Positions 1 to 8,855 of a DNA stretch of 47,034 nt are shown piece after piece. A model generated the notes under the pieces. It ran no database searches. It saw only the letters and a program-made list of their open reading frames with translations, and was not told where the DNA came from. Origin of the DNA: Spirochaetota bacterium (GTDB lineage: Bacteria; Spirochaetota; GWE2-31-10); assembly GCA_022361115.1 (NCBI GenBank), contig JAKSBL010000019.1, forward strand, positions 1 to 47,034, given 5' to 3'. Both the position numbers and the translations under genes were made by a program. The first letter of the stretch is position 1; each line of letters opens with the position of its first letter.

Positions 1-182
1 AATCAGGAAAAACAAAAAAAAATACTTCATTTTATTCAAAAATTTGTATATTATTGCTTAGGATTTTTCTATCTGTTTACTGATCTGTATTCATTTAACA
101 TCTCTATTTATTTTCTGTATTATACGGTTAAATTGGTACAATCTAGTCTTAAATAAAAATATAAAACATTAGGAGGAATGCA

Positions 183-452
183 ATGCTTCATGAACCTGCT
201 GCAAAAACTGAAAAAGATAAAGCATTTGCTGTCAAACAAAAACTTGGTATTGTTCTTTTTCTGGTTTATTGTGTTATTTACACTGGTTTTGTTTTAATCA
301 ATACCTTAAGTCCAGTAGTCATGGAAATTATTGTCTTTTTTGGCTTAAACCTGGCTGTAGTTTATGGATTTGGATTAATCTTATTAGCCATAATAATGGG
401 GCTAATTTATAATGCTATCTGTAATAAAGCAGAAAAAGAATTAAATAAGTAA
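183..452 (+). CDS. DUF485/YjcH-like small inner-membrane protein
   Basis: 89-aa ORF with two hydrophobic helices. AGGAGG lies 6 nt upstream of the ATG. It ends 10 nt before an SSS-family permease, which is the classic yjcH-actP pairing. Confidence 0.75.
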   Translation: MLHEPAAKTEKDKAFAVKQKLGIVLFLVYCVIYTGFVLINTLSPVVMEIIVFFGLNLAVVYGFGLILLAIIMGLIYNAICNKAEKELNK

Positions 453-462
453 GGAGTCGTTT

Positions 463-2382
463 ATGATATATAAAGCATCCTGGGTAGCAGTTGCCCTGTT
501 TACTTGCTTTGTAGGATTTGTTATTGGTCTTTCCTTTTATTTAGGAAATCGATCAAAGTCATCAAAGGGGTATTTTGCTGCTGGTGGAACTATTCACTGG
601 GCAGTGAATGGTGTTGCCTTTGCCGGAGATTATTTATCAGCTGCATCGTTCCTGGGTATATGTGGAATGATTGCTTTTTATGGTTATGATGGATTTTTGT
701 ATTCCATTGGTTATTTAGCTGGTTGGGTAGTAGCTCTATTTGTGGTTGCTGAACCTTTGAAACATTTAGGAGAATACACCTTTGCCGATGCTTTGGATTC
801 TCAATATAAATCCAAAATGATTCAAAGTATGGCTGCTATCAGTACTTTAGTTGTTTCTATGTTTTACCTGATCCCGCAAATGGTTGGAGCTGGTGTTCTA
901 GTTACTCCGTTATTAGGTTTCCCTCATTATGTCGGTGTCATTATGGTTGGTGTTATTGTTGTTATTATTGTAGCGACCGCTGGGATGACCTCTACAACCT
1001 ATGTTCAATTCTTAAAAGGTGGTTTATTAATCATTTTTTCATTAATTTTAGTAGGATCTGTATTGATCCGTGGTTTATCTAGGGATCCTTCCAATAAAGA
1101 AGCACAATATCATGACTTTAAAACAATTGATGTTAATGTTACTGGTTCTGAGGTTCAATCTTTAAAAGACTCTTCTTACCAATTAATCACTCAACACGAA
1201 TCTAAAGGTACCACTTTAGTTAAATTAGAACAAAGTGGAGTGGTTTCCTGGTGGAGTCTGGATAAAGAGGAATCAGTCTTAAGAGAAGCATTATCAAAAA
1301 TTAAAATGGCTGATGGCAAAATACTATATAATGGTTACCCAAAAGAAGAACAGAAATTTTTCTCTGTCGGTCATTTAAATGAGATTGTTTATAAAGGTAA
1401 GAAGGTAGATAAAACTGATAGGTTAGGAATTTTTTCCTTTTTTGCTACTCTCAATCAAAGTGAAATTATTCGCTTTTCAAAAAAATATGTAGATGATGGA
1501 AATGATAAAGCGGAAATTTGGGTGCAAAATCCTACCAGTGGTAAACGGATCATGCGGCCAGGTTTAAAATTTAAAATTGACCAAGGTGCCACAATCTGGG
1601 ATAAACTCAACTTTATGTCACTGATGTTAGCTCTCTTTTTTGGTACAGCTGCTCTGCCACATGTTTTAATTCGCTACTATACTGTACCAAGCGCCAGTGA
1701 TGCGCGAAAATCTACTATTGTTGCTATTGGTGCCATTGGGCTGTTTTATATCCTTACTCTGTACATGGGGTTAGGAGCAATGACTAGCGGTGTATTGGAT
1801 GTTGAAAGTAGCAATATGGCTGCTCCGTTATTGGCTAAATCTTTTGGAATTATTTTGTTTTCTATTATTTCTGCAATTGCTTTTGCTACTGTATTAGGAA
1901 CTGTATCTGGTTTGATTGTAGCTTCCTCTGGTGCTGTTGCTCATGATTTAATGCATAGTTTCTTCAAAATTAAAATGACTGATAAACAAAAGGTATTGGC
2001 TGGTAAGGTTGCTGCTATGGTTGTTGGTGCTATAGCTATTATGTTGGGTATCCTTTTTAAAGGAATGAATGTGTCCTTCTTAGTTGGCTGGGCCTTTGCT
2101 GTTGCTGCTTCTGCTAACTTACCGGCTATCTTAATGTTGCTCTTCTGGAAAAGAACTACAAGTAAAGGGATTGCTGCATCTATATTAGTGGGAATGGTAG
2201 CTGCTATTACCATCATTCTTTTATCTCCTAGTATGTTTGAGCGGTATGGATTGCCAGGCCAGGCGCCGATTCCTTTAGATAATCCGGCGATTATCTCTGT
2301 TCCTTTAAGTTTTTTCACATTAGTTGTGGTTTCATTATTAACACCTCCGGATAAACTGGAAGATCAAAAAGCTCAAGTGTAA
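463..2382 (+). CDS. actP: Cation/acetate symporter, sodium:solute symporter (SSS) family, ActP-like, with a long hydrophilic insert
   Basis: 639-aa polytopic ORF. Motifs 'YFAAGG', 'AGDYLSAASFLG' and 'LPHVLIRYYT' are typical of ActP-type SSS transporters. AAGGAG RBS and a DUF485 partner upstream. Residues ~205-385 (nt ~1075-1620) are hydrophilic. Confidence 0.75.
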   Translation: MIYKASWVAVALFTCFVGFVIGLSFYLGNRSKSSKGYFAAGGTIHWAVNGVAFAGDYLSAASFLGICGMIAFYGYDGFLYSIGYLAGWVVALFVVAEPLKHLGEYTFADALDSQYKSKMIQSMAAISTLVVSMFYLIPQMVGAGVLVTPLLGFPHYVGVIMVGVIVVIIVATAGMTSTTYVQFLKGGLLIIFSLILVGSVLIRGLSRDPSNKEAQYHDFKTIDVNVTGSEVQSLKDSSYQLITQHESKGTTLVKLEQSGVVSWWSLDKEESVLREALSKIKMADGKILYNGYPKEEQKFFSVGHLNEIVYKGKKVDKTDRLGIFSFFATLNQSEIIRFSKKYVDDGNDKAEIWVQNPTSGKRIMRPGLKFKIDQGATIWDKLNFMSLMLALFFGTAALPHVLIRYYTVPSASDARKSTIVAIGAIGLFYILTLYMGLGAMTSGVLDVESSNMAAPLLAKSFGIILFSIISAIAFATVLGTVSGLIVASSGAVAHDLMHSFFKIKMTDKQKVLAGKVAAMVVGAIAIMLGILFKGMNVSFLVGWAFAVAASANLPAILMLLFWKRTTSKGIAASILVGMVAAITIILLSPSMFERYGLPGQAPIPLDNPAIISVPLSFFTLVVVSLLTPPDKLEDQKAQV

Positions 2383-2394
2383 TAATTATATATT

Positions 2395-2424
2395 CCGGGA
2401 TATTTTATAGTATCCCGGTTTTTT
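2395..2424 (+). terminator. Rho-independent terminator after actP
   Basis: 8-bp stem ccgggata/tatcccgg (2395-2402 and 2411-2418) followed by TTTTTT (2419-2424). Confidence 0.7.
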
Positions 2425-2527
2425 AGCTAAACTTAATAACAAAAGGTTAAAACTTTGATGATTTATTTCATTAAAAAAGGCCCAGCAGGGAAATTTTATT
2501 TAACCTAATTGAAAAAAGAGCGGTATT

Positions 2528-2983
2528 ATGAAATGTTCTGAATGTTATTCTGAAAATCCCCGGATAACTCCCTTACGTGGTGCCAGGGATTGTTTGTCAA
2601 ATCATTTGCAGTATGTTTGTTCTGCCTGTGGCAGGGTAATTTGTATTGGTGCCATTGGTCAAAAAAAGGCCCGCTGCCTTATGCCTTTTGGCTCCCTGGA
2701 GCAGGCGCAATTATACTTAAAAGCAGCTGAAATCATGAATCAAGGATTGTGCGGTATTTATGAATTAATTTATAAAAGGGGAGATAAACGGTATCGAGTT
2801 TTTAAAAATAGTCATGAATTGTCTGTATTTTTAAAGAAAAATTCACAAATCAAGTGTGAAAAAAAAGAACCTGTCTATATTTCAAAGGAGTACCACCCAG
2901 TTAAGCAAGAGCAAATACATCATTTAACTCCAGATGAAGTGGAAAAATATATAGCAGAACGGAAAGAACTGGGGTTGAAATAA
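2528..2983 (+). CDS. Hypothetical Cys-rich protein (N-terminal CxxC...CxxC zinc-ribbon-like)
   Basis: 151-aa ORF with 'CSEC' at residues 3-6 and 'CSAC' about 25 residues later. I recognise no family. Confidence 0.45.
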   Translation: MKCSECYSENPRITPLRGARDCLSNHLQYVCSACGRVICIGAIGQKKARCLMPFGSLEQAQLYLKAAEIMNQGLCGIYELIYKRGDKRYRVFKNSHELSVFLKKNSQIKCEKKEPVYISKEYHPVKQEQIHHLTPDEVEKYIAERKELGLK

Positions 2984-3091
2984 CTGTTCTGAAAGTTTTG
3001 CTATTGACAGAAAATACATTTTCTCTATCATTAATAATATCCGTATAACAGACTAAGTGGTTAATGTGTTTTATTAGGAACTTGATAAATA

Positions 3092-4402
3092 ATGTTAAAG
3101 GCGACCCTTTTTTTATTGTTTTTCTTTTTTACTCTATTTAATCATGCTAATGAGTTAAATCAGTTTCAGCAAGCTGAGATCGAGAAGGCAATTAACTTGG
3201 CTCTCAATGATATTGAAACCTTTTTTTTTACAATAACAAAACGATTTGATGACCCTATTCTTATGGCAACCCACGCCGACTATGCCCATTTTAACCGGGT
3301 TGGTAAATGGCAGCATCATATGATTACATCCCTGGCAATGGTGATTCACCAGCCAATTACCAATAAAACACCGATTGATTTTTATGAAAATCAAAGAAAA
3401 GCAGCTGTCTCTCTGTTTTTTCCAACAGATCGAGAAGTCAGTTTAAATGAAAAATTACTAGTAGCTTTGGCAAATTTAAAAGGCCGTTCTCAACATCAGG
3501 ATAAATTAATTGTAATTCGACATTTTCCTGGTGGCCCGCCCGAAATTGAGGTTACAGAATTGGTTCCATATATTATTGAAACTACATATGGTGACTATGA
3601 GGAATTGATGGTTTTTCAATCTTTAATTCAATTGCCAGAGACAAAAGCTATAATGGTTTCTCATGTGAGTTATCCCTTTTTGGAAAAAGACTTAAAAGAG
3701 CAATACTATCAAAAATATGAATACATTTATTTAAATGAATTAAAGACAATAGGGATTGATGATAGAGCTTATCAAATTTGGCAAAAGAACCGCCCAGCGT
3801 CATTCTCGCCTCTATTGATTCGGGGTTTATTAAGAGATGAAATGGGATTTAGTGGTTTGGTTATAGCTGATGGATTATTAATGGGGGCTGTTGATTATAA
3901 ATTAGCAGAAATGAAAGGAGTAAAACTAAAAGGAATTCAATATGAGACAATTAAAAATGAGGTTCTATTAGGTTTAACTATTGTCTATAGTGGAATTGAT
4001 TTTAACTTAATACGATTTTCTAATACAAGTCGTCAGTATTTAGCAAATTATGCTCAAGAGAACCCTTATTTTCTTCAATGTCTTCATCAGGCCTTTCAGA
4101 GATGTCTTACAGTCTGCCAGGATTATCGTATTCCTTATAAAATATCGTCTCATCCGAATGAAAAAGAGATGATTGATTTTCTCTTTAATGGTCCTTTATT
4201 ATCTTCCTGGACAGATAGTTGGGATCGAGGTGGAGAAACTCATCAAATTTTTCGCAAAAGATTTTTATATTATTTATACGGTGATCCAAAAATACTCAAT
4301 AGCGGGAAATATTTTTATCAGCTGATGCAAAAAATTGATTGGTCAATTTTGGAAAAGGCTTATCAAAAAAATATACAATCACGTTATTTTCTTTCTCAAT
4401 AA
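3092..4402 (+). CDS. Secreted, divergent glycoside hydrolase family 3 (NagZ/BglX N-terminal domain)-like protein
   Basis: 436-aa ORF with a hydrophobic N-terminal signal-like segment. 'IRHFPGG' resembles the GH3 'KHFPGHG' motif, 'IMVSHVSYP' resembles 'VMTAHV.YP', and 'PASFSPLLIRGLLRDEMGFSGLVIADGLLMGAV' resembles the GH3 nucleophile region 'PAS.S..ll..lLR.elGF.G.viSD...M'. I did not find the 'DQEGG' motif. Confidence 0.5.
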   Translation: MLKATLFLLFFFFTLFNHANELNQFQQAEIEKAINLALNDIETFFFTITKRFDDPILMATHADYAHFNRVGKWQHHMITSLAMVIHQPITNKTPIDFYENQRKAAVSLFFPTDREVSLNEKLLVALANLKGRSQHQDKLIVIRHFPGGPPEIEVTELVPYIIETTYGDYEELMVFQSLIQLPETKAIMVSHVSYPFLEKDLKEQYYQKYEYIYLNELKTIGIDDRAYQIWQKNRPASFSPLLIRGLLRDEMGFSGLVIADGLLMGAVDYKLAEMKGVKLKGIQYETIKNEVLLGLTIVYSGIDFNLIRFSNTSRQYLANYAQENPYFLQCLHQAFQRCLTVCQDYRIPYKISSHPNEKEMIDFLFNGPLLSSWTDSWDRGGETHQIFRKRFLYYLYGDPKILNSGKYFYQLMQKIDWSILEKAYQKNIQSRYFLSQ

Positions 4403-4574
4403 ACAAAATTACTTCATATAATATTGTAATTTCAATGCTATCTCACTTTTTTGTATGAGAGATGTTTTAGCTGCTCTTTTTCTTTAAGTCTATTCGCTTT
4501 TTGAAAATCTTATCTGATTGATTCTGTCATATCTTTGGATATCTAACTTTTTTTTTAAAAAAACCAGAATTTAC

Positions 4575-4611
4575 TTGACAATTATGTATATTAATACCAT
4601 ATTAATACCAT
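4575..4611 (+). promoter_or_regulatory. Candidate promoter plus tandem 11-mer operator upstream of the NTF2-like/MocR operon
   Basis: TTGACA at 4575-4580 with AT-rich -10 candidates 17-19 nt downstream. A perfect tandem repeat attaataccat x2 (4590-4600, 4601-4611) places two ATACCA hexamers 11 bp apart. Confidence 0.35.
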
Positions 4612-4640
4612 AATAATAACTAAGGTAGGATTAGATAATC

Positions 4641-5021
4641 ATGAAAACTCAAAAAGAAAGAATAAAAAAGATAATTGAATCCGCTTATATTATAGGGATT
4701 CATGGCAGTCAAGATGAACAGTTGATTAGACAAGGTTTTCATCAGGATTTTCAAATGGTAGTTAAAAAAGGAGATACTATTGAGTCGGTTAATATTGATG
4801 AATGGTTAAAGAGGCTAGTTGTAATGAAAAAGGATAATCCACAATTGTGGAAGTCTCCGACTCAGCATACTTTTGAAAATATTGATGTTACCGGTAATAC
4901 AGCTTCTGTAAAACTTAATGTATATAAAGGCAATATTCATTTTTCCACAGATTACATGCTCTTGTATCATTTTAATCAGGGTTGGCAGATTGTAGCAAAA
5001 ATTTTTAATGTTCCTCAATAA
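4641..5021 (+). CDS. NTF2-like (SnoaL/'putative lumazine-binding' type) small protein
   Basis: 126-aa ORF. Its length and pattern ('...FHQDFQM...EWL...V.ID.TGNTASVK...F.DY..L....GWQIV.K.F') fit the NTF2-like cone fold families. Confidence 0.55.
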   Translation: MKTQKERIKKIIESAYIIGIHGSQDEQLIRQGFHQDFQMVVKKGDTIESVNIDEWLKRLVVMKKDNPQLWKSPTQHTFENIDVTGNTASVKLNVYKGNIHFSTDYMLLYHFNQGWQIVAKIFNVPQ

Positions 5022-5034
5022 TTAAGGATTTTCC

Positions 5035-6546
5035 ATGGAAATAAAAATTGAAAAAAAAAGTGATATTCCTTTGTATATGCAAATACGTGATCAAATAATG
5101 GAACTGGTGAGTCAGGAAAAATTAGTACCTGGTACAAAGCTTCCTAACATAGCAGAATTTTCCCGTCAATTGGGAGTGACTCAGGCAACCATTAATCGGG
5201 CTTTTGAAGATCTTAGTCGAGATGGATATATTGAGTCACGCGTTGGACGAGGAACATTTATTAAAAAACCAGAATCAAATATTCCCCAGACTAGAAATAA
5301 AGTTGAGGAACCAGGATTTTCAAAAGATCCCCAAATTCAGATGGCTACTCGAAGAATGCGTATGGGAATATCTAAGAGCCTAGAAGCTCTGCAAATACTA
5401 TCTCAAAAACCGGGTTTACTCCATTTTACCTCTGGTATTCCGGATTCTCAGACGATACCTGTTGATATTTTATCCAGACTGACTGAAATGACATTAAAGG
5501 AAGGGCAGGTGGATTATTTAGGTTATGGTGATCCTAGAGGCTTAAATGAATTAAAAGTCGAGGTAGTTAACAAGCTTGGCAAACAGGGGATTGAGATAAC
5601 TCCTGAAAATGTTTTGATTACATCCGGATCCCAACAGGCTATCTCTTTAATGGCCCAATATGCCTTGGAAAATCAGTATCAAATACTCTGTGAAACCCCT
5701 TGTTATACGGGTGTGGCAAATGCTTTTGGAGCAATTGGCCATTGGGTAGAATCCGTAGGAAGAGAAAATCAGGGCCCGGATATCAATCGCTTGCACAAAA
5801 TTAAGTCTCAAGCTCAACACCTTTTTTATCTCTGTCCGGTTTTACATAATCCTACTGGTTTGAATTTAGATGAAAACAAAATGGAGGAGATTAAGGATTG
5901 GGCAATAAAAGGCAATCATTTGGTATTAGCTGATGAGATTTTTATTGACCTTGTGTTTGCAGAATCAAAGAATAAAAGTATTTATCAAATAATTGGTGAA
6001 AAAAACTGTGTTTTAGTTGGTTCATTATCAAAATCTTTCATGTGTGGTTTAAGGATAGGCTGGTTAATTACTGATAGCGAACGTATTCAATCTCTTAATG
6101 GTTTAAAAAAAGCAATGGATATTATGACTCCTCCCCTTATGCAAGGTATTGCAGCACAATTATTAAAATCCGGACTTTATGAAGAGCATATTGTTAAAGC
6201 AAGAAAACACTATCAAAAAAGGAGAGATAGTGCTTTACAAGCTTTAAAAACTTATATGCCTGAAGAAGTGAGATGGACAATGCCTCAAGGGGGATTTAAT
6301 ATGTGGGTTGAGTTGCCTCCTGGTTATTCCAGTATAAAACTTTATTTGCTGGCAATTGAAAAAGGTGTTGTTATTATTCCAGGGCCGAAGATGGATATTG
6401 ATCATCGCTATGTTAATTGTTTTCGTCTTGGTTATGGTTCAGTAAAACCCGATCAAATCAATGAAGGTATTGAGTTGTTATCTCAAGCAGTGAAACGGTT
6501 ACTTGCAGAACCAACAGATAATTTAACCAGTGGAGGATTTTTATAA
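5035..6546 (+). CDS. MocR-subfamily GntR regulator (wHTH plus fold-type-I aminotransferase-like domain); PdxR-like by context
   Basis: 503-aa ORF. N-terminal GntR wHTH ('PLYMQIRDQI...LPNIAEFSRQLGVTQATINRAFEDL'). C-terminal aminotransferase-like domain with 'SLSKSF' (candidate PLP lysine). Located immediately upstream of pdxS-pdxT. Confidence 0.8.
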   Translation: MEIKIEKKSDIPLYMQIRDQIMELVSQEKLVPGTKLPNIAEFSRQLGVTQATINRAFEDLSRDGYIESRVGRGTFIKKPESNIPQTRNKVEEPGFSKDPQIQMATRRMRMGISKSLEALQILSQKPGLLHFTSGIPDSQTIPVDILSRLTEMTLKEGQVDYLGYGDPRGLNELKVEVVNKLGKQGIEITPENVLITSGSQQAISLMAQYALENQYQILCETPCYTGVANAFGAIGHWVESVGRENQGPDINRLHKIKSQAQHLFYLCPVLHNPTGLNLDENKMEEIKDWAIKGNHLVLADEIFIDLVFAESKNKSIYQIIGEKNCVLVGSLSKSFMCGLRIGWLITDSERIQSLNGLKKAMDIMTPPLMQGIAAQLLKSGLYEEHIVKARKHYQKRRDSALQALKTYMPEEVRWTMPQGGFNMWVELPPGYSSIKLYLLAIEKGVVIIPGPKMDIDHRYVNCFRLGYGSVKPDQINEGIELLSQAVKRLLAEPTDNLTSGGFL

Positions 6547-6676
6547 TTCTATCAGTAAGTTGAGCAACATGTGATGGAGTGTGATTTAAAAAATTTAGAG
6601 TCAAATTTTATATTTTTAAGTTTTAGATAGCAGAAAAACAAATGGAGAAAATAAAAGTGTAAGGAAGGAGAATAAA

Positions 6677-7570
6677 ATGGAAAATACTAAAAAAAAGTCA
6701 ACCTGGGCTACAAAGGTCGGATTAGCTGAAATGTTAAAAGGCGGGGTAATTATGGATGTTACGACTGCTGAGGAAGCTAAAATTGCTGAAGATGCCGGAG
6801 CATCTGCTGTTATGGCTTTGGAAAGAGTACCAGCCGATATTCGACGTGATGGTGGTGTGGCACGAATGAGTGATCCTGAGATGATCTTAAAAATAAAAGA
6901 ATCAGTAAGTATCCCGGTTATGGCAAAATGTCGAATTGGCCACTTGGCAGAGGCTCAAATTTTACAAGCTATTGGAGTTGATTTTATTGATGAATCTGAA
7001 GTACTTACTCCTGCAGATGATGATTATCATATTAATAAGCATGATTTTGCCGTTCCCTTTGTTTGTGGATGTCGTGACTTAGGAGAAGCCTTACGAAGAA
7101 TTGGTGAAGGGGCCGCCATGATTCGTACAAAAGGTGAAGCAGGAACTGGAAATATTGTAGAGGCAGTTCGACATATGCGAACTGTCATGGATGGTTTGCA
7201 GCGGATTCAGATTTTATCAGCTGAACAACTAATGACAGAGGCTAAAAATCTGGGAGCTCCCTATGAACTTTTAGTACAGATAAAAAAAACAGGTAAATTA
7301 CCAGTTCCAAATTTTTCTGCCGGAGGAATAGCCTCACCTGCTGATGTTAGTTTAATGCGGCAATTAGGTGCTGAAGCAGTATTTGTTGGTTCTGGTATTT
7401 TTAAATCTCAGTATCCAGTCAGACGAGCTCGAGCAATTGTTGAAGCTTGTACCTATTATGATCTACCCGATAAGTTGGCAAAAATAGCAGAAGGGTTGGG
7501 GGAAGCAATGAGGGGCCTGGAGATTAGCCAAATCAATGAGAAAGAATTGCTGGCAACCAGGGGATGGTAA
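6677..7570 (+). CDS. pdxS: Pyridoxal 5'-phosphate synthase, lyase subunit PdxS
   Basis: 297 aa with near-canonical PdxS/SNZ sequence ('GGVIMDV', '[12 protein letters not shown]', 'VMAKCRIGH', '[11 protein letters not shown]', '[11 protein letters not shown]'). Strong GGAGA RBS. Confidence 0.95.
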   Translation: MENTKKKSTWATKVGLAEMLKGGVIMDVTTAEEAKIAEDAGASAVMALERVPADIRRDGGVARMSDPEMILKIKESVSIPVMAKCRIGHLAEAQILQAIGVDFIDESEVLTPADDDYHINKHDFAVPFVCGCRDLGEALRRIGEGAAMIRTKGEAGTGNIVEAVRHMRTVMDGLQRIQILSAEQLMTEAKNLGAPYELLVQIKKTGKLPVPNFSAGGIASPADVSLMRQLGAEAVFVGSGIFKSQYPVRRARAIVEACTYYDLPDKLAKIAEGLGEAMRGLEISQINEKELLATRGW

Positions 7571-7577
7571 CTCTGCT

Positions 7578-8144
7578 ATGAAAACCATTGGAGTATTAGC
7601 TTTACAGGGGGCTGTGGAAAAGCATTTAGCGAAAATCAAATTTTCAGGAAACAAAGGGGTAGCTATTCGTACCAATGAGGAGCTTTCTCAAATTGATGGT
7701 TTGATTTTGCCAGGTGGTGAGAGTTCAGTCATGAAAAAGCTGTTAATACAAAATAATATTTTGAATACTCTAAAAAGTAAAATACAATCTGGATTACCTG
7801 TATTTGGTACTTGTGCTGGTTTGATTTTACTAGCTAAAAGAATTGAAAATGATCAACCAACTTTAGAAGCGTTAAACATTACAGTCCAAAGAAATGGTTA
7901 TGGAAGTCAATTGGAAAGTTTTGAAGCCCCTTTAACTTATCACTTGAAAGTTCTTTCTGAAAAGAAAGCAATCTTTATCCGTGCTCCGGTAATCAAAGCT
8001 GTCGATCCAAAAGTAGAAATCTTAGCCAAACTGGATCAAACTCCAGTTATGGTTAGGCAAAAACATTTACTAGCAGCAACTTTTCATCCGGAATTAACCG
8101 AAAATTCAGCAGTGCACCAATATTTTATTAAAGAAATTTGTTAA
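7578..8144 (+). CDS. pdxT: PLP synthase glutaminase subunit PdxT
   Basis: 'MKTIGVLALQGAV', 'GTCAGLILL' (nucleophile Cys) and 'FHPEL' (His/Glu of the triad). I chose the ATG at 7578, 8 nt after the pdxS stop, over the ORF-track start at 7536, which overlaps pdxS and adds a non-homologous 14 aa. Confidence 0.9.
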   Translation: MKTIGVLALQGAVEKHLAKIKFSGNKGVAIRTNEELSQIDGLILPGGESSVMKKLLIQNNILNTLKSKIQSGLPVFGTCAGLILLAKRIENDQPTLEALNITVQRNGYGSQLESFEAPLTYHLKVLSEKKAIFIRAPVIKAVDPKVEILAKLDQTPVMVRQKHLLAATFHPELTENSAVHQYFIKEIC

Positions 8145-8296
8145 AATTGCAAATTCCTTTTTTATCAAATCTGTATCTTTTGTGAACTTTTGTACATTAA
8201 TATTGAGTTTGTGATAGAGGATTAATGATTGCAGTTGAGTTTGAGAACCAATCCACTCATTTAATAGCACAAAAATACAAAAAAAAGGAGCCTTCC

Positions 8297-8773
8297 ATGA
8301 TTGATGTTACCATTCGCAGGGCTATGTTATCCGACATTCCTGATCTGGTTGAGCATAGATTGAAATTTCTTTTAGAGTATCAACCTGAGTCTCTGCCTGC
8401 AGAAGATTATCAGCAATATTTAATAGAGTATTATAAAGATAAATTGTCATCATCACAATTTGTTGCCTTTCTGGCGTATGCTGAGAATCAATGTGTCAGT
8501 AGTGCAGGTTTATTAGTAGAAAGTTATCCTCCTAAAATGAATCAAAAAAACCGGATTCAAGGTACTGTCTTCTGTGTTTATACTTTTCCTGAATGGAGAA
8601 GAAAAGGGATCAGTAAAAAAGTTTTGGAAAGACTAATTGATTATTCCAGAGTCATGCACATAGAAAAATTGAAATTATATGCTACCAAAATGGGAGAGCC
8701 TCTTTATCGAATGCTGGGATTTTTAGAGCCAGAAGATCTGGCAATGGAATTAAAGATTGATGGAGCTAATTAA
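8297..8773 (+). CDS. GNAT family N-acetyltransferase
   Basis: 'VYTFPEWRRKGISKKVLERLIDY' matches the acetyl-CoA binding motif A (Q/RxxGxG/A-like). I chose the ATG at 8297, preceded by AAGGAG, over the 8225 start. Confidence 0.7.
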   Translation: MIDVTIRRAMLSDIPDLVEHRLKFLLEYQPESLPAEDYQQYLIEYYKDKLSSSQFVAFLAYAENQCVSSAGLLVESYPPKMNQKNRIQGTVFCVYTFPEWRRKGISKKVLERLIDYSRVMHIEKLKLYATKMGEPLYRMLGFLEPEDLAMELKIDGAN

Positions 8774-8855
8774 TTAAAATAATTGTTGTGCATTTTCTGA
8801 TAAATTGTACAATCGGTGTTACTGAAATTGCAATTTTAATTTTTTTTAAATATTA

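Noticed and set aside
7536-7577. Longer pdxT start at 7536 overlapping pdxS.
   Set aside because: The extra 14 residues have no PdxT counterpart. The ATG at 7578 gives the canonical 'MKTIGVLALQG' N-terminus right after the pdxS stop.
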